Source: Escherichia phage vB_EcoP-CHD5UKE1. From it: DNA of 64,000 nt. This document shows, piece by piece, positions 59,535 to 64,000 of this stretch. A program made the translations under genes and the position numbers. The notes below the pieces were generated by a model. That model had not been told where the DNA came from. It did no database searches and saw only the letters and a program-made list of their open reading frames with translations. The stretch is from the sequence record NC_070989.1; one strand, 5' to 3'. Every line of letters begins with the position of its first letter. Position 1 is the stretch's first letter.

Positions 59535-60498
59535 TGTAATACTCCACTAGTTCAGAAAAGAGAGATGAGATTGTGTTACCAACTTCTTCAAGAGTAAGAC
59601 CGGAATCTGCTCCAGTTCTTTGAATCAGTCGGGCTGTAAAGTTTTGTACTGTAATGTTTCCCAACTTGTCGTCTATTGCTTCACGTTTGTGACCATAACA
59701 GTTGGACCAGAGTCTTAACCACTCTGACATTGTTTCATACTCGTCCGGGTCTTGATCTTTAGCACGAGCAAATCTTCGTAAGGCATCTTGGTTATGGTTA
59801 CGAACATAACCATTCTCGTTGTCGCCAACACCGAAGGGGTTTTGAACCCATACTTGCTTCGTGTATTCATCAGAGTCTACAACCAAAGGAAGGAATGCTG
59901 CTGCTGACATATTGTTGTTAATAACAATAGAGGTGCTCTCACTACTCCCATTGGCTCTTCCTCGTTGAGACCATCCACCGAAGAAGTCACGACCCAACCC
60001 AGCTAACACTAGAGCGATGCCGATGCGTTTACGCTTCAGCCACTCTTCCCTGTCTTCAATTCCTTCTGCTAGGAAATCCATTCCACGATATTGCCCTTCC
60101 AGAATACTACGAAAGAGCATAAGTCCTGTGAAGATCTGATCTGCTGGATGCTCACGAAGGTTGACAGCAACACTATTCGCTGAAGTGATCGTAAATACGT
60201 CACGATAGCAAGACATGGAGTTCATAATGTCTGCTGTTTCAACCAAGTTCTTTTCAATATCAGATGCAACATGACCGTGAAAAGAGTGAGTCCAGTAATT
60301 CAACATCTCCAGTTGCAAGTTGATATCACGGTTGAAGCGACGATAACGCCCTTCTTCCGAGATAACTTCACCATTAATGTCATTTACACACTGGCCTTGC
60401 ATGTAGTTGTGGATACCGAAGCACCCACGACCTAAGAACTTCTGTTCCCCTAAATCCTGTTGAAGATTAAGAGGTACGATCGTTGTGGAGATTGACAT
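59527..60498 (-). CDS. hypothetical protein (323 aa) within the ligase cassette
   Basis: ORF; no recognisable motif. Confidence 0.45.
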   Translation of the reverse strand: MSISTTIVPLNLQQDLGEQKFLGRGCFGIHNYMQGQCVNDINGEVISEEGRYRRFNRDINLQLEMLNYWTHSFHGHVASDIEKNLVETADIMNSMSCYRDVFTITSANSVAVNLREHPADQIFTGLMLFRSILEGQYRGMDFLAEGIEDREEWLKRKRIGIALVLAGLGRDFFGGWSQRGRANGSSESTSIVINNNMSAAAFLPLVVDSDEYTKQVWVQNPFGVGDNENGYVRNHNQDALRRFARAKDQDPDEYETMSEWLRLWSNCYGHKREAIDDKLGNITVQNFTARLIQRTGADSGLTLEEVGNTISSLFSELVEYYND

Positions 60499-60508
60499 AA
60501 CTAACCTT

Positions 60509-61705
60509 TTATTTTCCTAAAAATAATCCGCTCATAATACCATCCCACTCAGAGGACGGAATCACTGAATACTCCGAACTTTGGTCCAGAGTTCCGCTAC
60601 TGAATCGCTGAACAATATTATAAATATTGAACATATCTTTAGTCTCAGCGCGATAAGCGTAGACTAATCTGTCAGCTGTTCTTTCATCTTTAGATACCCG
60701 ACGAGCAAAGGTAACCAGAAGATTGTCACCTTTGAGTATTTCTGACTCATCTTTTACTAGATCAGGGTGCATAACCGGCAAGAACATTGAGTTGTTCACT
60801 CGTAACTCTGCTGTTTCATCATTCTCATAATGAATCCATTTAAAATCTTCATCACGAAAGTGACCGCATCCATCTCTGTATGACTGTTGACGCCAAGGCA
60901 CTTGAAATGCTTCAGCGTATTTATCAGCCATGCCAACCGTAAATAGTGACGCTGGGAAAATACAAGCATCCCAATCGTTACCAACCAGAGTTGCTTTCGT
61001 TTCGCCCAAGAGGTTAGTGTAAGTGCTAACCATTCGTGAGTAAACATAAGCCTGAAGGATTGTCCAGCCTTCAACCAACCATTTATGGAGGAAGGTTTCA
61101 ACTTGACTCTCTTCATCTTCACAATAGAAGGTTCGGTCTAACATCAAATAGAACAGACAACGATCAGCAGGGATATTCTCAGTTGCTACCCCCATAAAAC
61201 CTTTATCGTGCCAGCGTAAACAGGAGGGACGATCTTTGTCCACAAATGCTTCCATAGCTTCCAGTACAGCACGAGGTGTGGTTCGGTGTTCAGGGTTTTT
61301 GTCGTTCCAACGTTCGATGTTATTTTTAGGAGGTGTGTCTTCATCTTCATATGAACACCAACTCAAAGCTTCAGCTACGTGCTTTTCATCACGCCAACGT
61401 CTAAAGCCTAACATCTTCATATGAGTTCCAGAGTTCCAGATATGCTTAATACTGCTCATATCCATCTCTCGACTTAATAAGAACTCTTCCCCATCAGCAC
61501 TACGAACGTTAGCATCTTCATGCCACACTCGAACGTGCATGTTCCATCCATGAGTTGCCTCATACATGTTAGGGTCGAAGTAGTCATCATCTTCGTCGTC
61601 TTCATCAACGCCACCATTATAGTTGCGAAGCTGAAGGAACCCATAACAAGGAGGGTTGACCGTTAAAACATTACCTTCAGTATCTTCTAATGTTACTGGA
61701 AACAT
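60509..61705 (-). CDS. hypothetical acidic protein (398 aa) within the ligase cassette
   Basis: ORF; no recognisable motif. Confidence 0.45.
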   Translation of the reverse strand: MFPVTLEDTEGNVLTVNPPCYGFLQLRNYNGGVDEDDEDDDYFDPNMYEATHGWNMHVRVWHEDANVRSADGEEFLLSREMDMSSIKHIWNSGTHMKMLGFRRWRDEKHVAEALSWCSYEDEDTPPKNNIERWNDKNPEHRTTPRAVLEAMEAFVDKDRPSCLRWHDKGFMGVATENIPADRCLFYLMLDRTFYCEDEESQVETFLHKWLVEGWTILQAYVYSRMVSTYTNLLGETKATLVGNDWDACIFPASLFTVGMADKYAEAFQVPWRQQSYRDGCGHFRDEDFKWIHYENDETAELRVNNSMFLPVMHPDLVKDESEILKGDNLLVTFARRVSKDERTADRLVYAYRAETKDMFNIYNIVQRFSSGTLDQSSEYSVIPSSEWDGIMSGLFLGK

Positions 61706-61716
61706 TATACCAACCT

Positions 61717-62079
61717 CTATTGGTTTTTAATCAACTCAATCGACTTACGGATATAAAGAATATCTCGGAAGTTTCGATAGTTGTTCATAAATTGGTGCTT
61801 CTGGAAAGTAGCTTCTTCCAGCGCTTTCTTTGCTTCTGCGTAGCTTTTACGGGCAAGATGTACAACCCGCTCTGGTAGCATGTTTGCATGACGGATGACA
61901 TACTTGTGAGCTTTCATATTGCTTTGCTCACGAGCAATCTTACCTTTAGCAACTTTGATACCATTTGCAATCCAAGCAAGTTCTTGCTCAAGCTCATCGT
62001 TGGACATTCCACCGAGGTTTGATGCAACCTTGTTCAGAGTTTCAATATTAACGTTGCCCTTGATGGGACGTGTATTCAT
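61717..62079 (-). CDS. hypothetical protein (120 aa)
   Basis: ORF at head of cassette operon. Confidence 0.45.
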   Translation of the reverse strand: MNTRPIKGNVNIETLNKVASNLGGMSNDELEQELAWIANGIKVAKGKIAREQSNMKAHKYVIRHANMLPERVVHLARKSYAEAKKALEEATFQKHQFMNNYRNFRDILYIRKSIELIKNQ

Positions 62080-62081
62080 AC

Positions 62082-62234
62082 TTACTCCTGTTGTTTACAC
62101 TCGTCAATAACCCACTGATAAGTGGATTGCCCAGAAAAGAAACACTGAATAAATCCAGATGTTCTCTGCGTTACCAGTGCTAGTGCACAAATCACTATCG
62201 CTGCTGCTAGCAGTTTTAAATCTAATTTAGACAT
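62082..62234 (-). CDS. small membrane/secreted protein (50 aa)
   Basis: MSKLDLKLLAAAIVICALALV hydrophobic N-terminus; GAGG RBS; below track cutoff. Confidence 0.3.
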   Translation of the reverse strand: MSKLDLKLLAAAIVICALALVTQRTSGFIQCFFSGQSTYQWVIDECKQQE

Positions 62235-62253
62235 ATTTCCTCTCGTTGAATTT

Positions 62254-62278
62254 AAAAAAGGACTCTCCGAAAAGAGTC
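62254..62278 (-). terminator. rho-independent terminator on minus strand (GACUCU-UUUCGG-AGAGUC + U6)
   Basis: Perfect 6-bp stem with U-run downstream of the membrane protein gene. Confidence 0.6.
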
Positions 62279-62460
62279 AAGCTTTAAATACAAAAAGATA
62301 TTACCCAATATCTGTGGATAACCTGCTCTTAAAATATCTATCCGACGGATGTTAGAGGAATGTTCCTCTCCCTAGCATCGGCCCCATACGGGAAATATAT
62401 TAAGATTAGGTTAGTTGAGTCAGAATAACTCACATAGCCCTCCGAAGAAGGCTATAGATG

Positions 62461-62928
62461 TTACTCTATCTTAACTGAAGGACAATACTTCTCTTTCTTG
62501 CTGCGATACATAACAACAATCCAGTTTGAATCACGACGCTCTTTCTTACGTCGTTTCTTTTCAGCACGAGTTTCATATGTGCTAGTTCGGTGGTCACGGT
62601 ATATTCCACGAAGTTCATAAAATGCCCAACCACCACCAAACACTGCACCAGCCAAAGCAGCCAAAGATGAGGCACCAAGAGCAGGGGCAGCGAACCATGT
62701 CCACCAGTCAAAGGTTGACACGTCGTTGTGCCCGAGAAGTGTCCCACCTACTCCAGTAAGTGCCGCACATATAACAGATAAGAATCCAGACAGTATAACA
62801 AAACGCAAAACTGTTCGCCAGAAGTATTCACAAAAGTTAGTCATGTTGTCCCAATAGGAATCAGAGAGACTTGACGTAGCTTTGTTGAATCTGTGCAACC
62901 ATCCGTTCTTATTAACCTTAATCATCAT
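62461..62928 (-). CDS. integral membrane protein (155 aa), 3-4 predicted TM segments
   Basis: Hydrophobic stretches VLRFVILSGFLSVICAALTGVGGTLLG and WFAAPALGASSLAALAGAVFGGGWAF. Confidence 0.5.
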   Translation of the reverse strand: MMIKVNKNGWLHRFNKATSSLSDSYWDNMTNFCEYFWRTVLRFVILSGFLSVICAALTGVGGTLLGHNDVSTFDWWTWFAAPALGASSLAALAGAVFGGGWAFYELRGIYRDHRTSTYETRAEKKRRKKERRDSNWIVVMYRSKKEKYCPSVKIE

Positions 62929-63158
62929 TTGCCTTTCTTAGCACGATCTTTGGCAGTTTTACCGGTGCGAATGCGATGGGAAACGTTAACCAGAGTGCCA
63001 CCATCAACTACGGTAACGCTCTTGTTTTTAGCCAGATCGAACACAGTTTTCTCCGTGCCACCCAAGCGAATTTGCTTAGGCTCACTGAAGGTTTGGGTTG
63101 ATTTGGATTGGAACTGGAACGGTTGACGGATTGCATCAATTGCACTTACTTTAGACAT
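62925..63158 (-). CDS. small basic protein (77 aa)
   Basis: ORF with AAGGAA RBS. Confidence 0.45.
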   Translation of the reverse strand: MSKVSAIDAIRQPFQFQSKSTQTFSEPKQIRLGGTEKTVFDLAKNKSVTVVDGGTLVNVSHRIRTGKTAKDRAKKGK

Positions 63159-63186
63159 AGGGGAAATTCCTTAAAAAGTCATAGCT

Positions 63187-63208
63187 GCGTAGAGGGAATT
63201 CCCTACGC
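63187..63208. promoter_or_regulatory. Imperfect palindrome GCGTAGAGGGAATTCCCTACGC in a 215-bp intergenic region, candidate operator or promoter element
   Basis: Inverted repeat read from sequence, centred on GGGAATTCCC. Confidence 0.4.
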
Positions 63209-63377
63209 AAATTGGGCCGCCCACAGAGAGGCGTCATAGTACTAAAAGGAGGAGAGAAGAGGGCTTATTTAGCTACCTTTTTCTGTCCGTTTACGAACCA
63301 GATAATTGAACCGTCAGGCTGTCGTTGACCGAAGCCTTTCTGGTTAATCATATCGTCATAAGAATATGCTTTACGTC

Positions 63378-63638
63378 TCATTTGTTTTCCTGTGGAGTTA
63401 AGATAATTTCAGCTTTACTAAACTTCTCACCAACAACCATATCACCAGAGATGACACGCAGTTCTCCAGTGCCTAAGTTAACAGCTCCAGCAGGTTGACA
63501 GCCCCTGCTCTTAGCTGTAAGCATATAAATCTTTTGATCCTTACATTCTTGGAGTGTGAATACGTCAGCCATGCTTAGGTCTTTAACATGGAGGATTATT
63601 TCCTCCTTGCTTTTAACTTTAATGTGAATAGTGCTCAT
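63378..63638 (-). CDS. hypothetical protein (86 aa)
   Basis: ORF. Confidence 0.45.
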   Translation of the reverse strand: MSTIHIKVKSKEEIILHVKDLSMADVFTLQECKDQKIYMLTAKSRGCQPAGAVNLGTGELRVISGDMVVGEKFSKAEIILTPQENK

Positions 63639-63640
63639 GA

Positions 63641-63886
63641 TTACTCCTGAACCACTGACATACGAATCACTTCAACTGGGGCATCACTTTTCATAACACC
63701 TAATACACCAGTAAGAAGATTAACTGTCGTAATCCAACCATCTTCTACAGAGATTTTGTTGGACACATTATTGACACGGATGTAATACTGAGGGGATGCC
63801 GTTCCTCTCTGAATTACGAAAGGGTTTCCGGGAATAATTGTAGCCAGTGAAACCGTGTTATCTTTAATCTTTGGGATGATCTTCAT
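63641..63886 (-). CDS. hypothetical protein (81 aa)
   Basis: ORF. Confidence 0.45.
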   Translation of the reverse strand: MKIIPKIKDNTVSLATIIPGNPFVIQRGTASPQYYIRVNNVSNKISVEDGWITTVNLLTGVLGVMKSDAPVEVIRMSVVQE

Positions 63887-64000
63887 TTAGAGTCCTTAAT
63901 AACGTTAGCTTCAACCTTAACAGGAATAACAGAGATACCCTCAACAGGACCACTCAAACTTCCATCTTCCAGCCTGACACACACGACTCGATCTCGTGCA
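63883..64000 (-). CDS. partial CDS (3' end only, 38 codons in window); 5' end lies beyond the window
   Basis: Open frame from window edge ending at TGA 63883-63885, ATGA overlap with downstream gene start. Confidence 0.35.
   Translation of the reverse strand, partial: ARDRVVCVRLEDGSLSGPVEGISVIPVKVEANVIKDSK

Overview
The window reads as most of a virulent tailed-phage genome (podovirus-like, with a T7-type replication module) organised as two convergent arms that meet at a bidirectional terminator near 30.3 kb. The plus-strand arm (0.5-30.3 kb) is the late/structural module: putative small terminase, large terminase, portal, scaffold, major capsid protein with a likely -1 frameshift Ig-like extension, tail fibers (one with a C-terminal S74 chaperone domain), a GH24 lysozyme, a lytic transglycosylase, Q/N-rich virion proteins and a 1473-aa coiled-coil protein. 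The minus-strand arm (30.3-64 kb) carries early/middle genes: T7 gp6-like 5'-3' exonuclease, P-loop kinase, ECF-like sigma factor, macro-domain protein, overlapping spanins, two HNH endonucleases, a family A DNA polymerase with a separately encoded 3'-5' exonuclease, PhoH, ThyX, thioredoxin, a Dps-like protein, a dCTP deaminase-like protein, a CCA/poly(A)-polymerase-like nucleotidyltransferase and a gp4-like primase-helicase. The most interesting region is a ~9.5 kb cassette (52.1-61.7 kb) combining a gamma-glutamyl cyclotransferase-like protein, an ATP-grasp ligase, a class-II glutamine amidotransferase fused to a Cys-rich domain (apparent ATT start exposing Cys), two glutamine-synthetase-like amidoligases and three large unknown proteins. 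I interpret it as a candidate amino-acid/peptide ligation (DNA or protein hypermodification) system that is not biochemically characterised as far as I know. Also notable is a 56-nt poly(A) tract flanked by a perfect 55-bp direct repeat inside a small ORF (44480-44645), which is either an assembly artifact or an insertion footprint. No tRNA, CRISPR array, integrase or RNA polymerase gene was recognised. All calls rest on reading motifs in the supplied translations and sequence; no database search was run.
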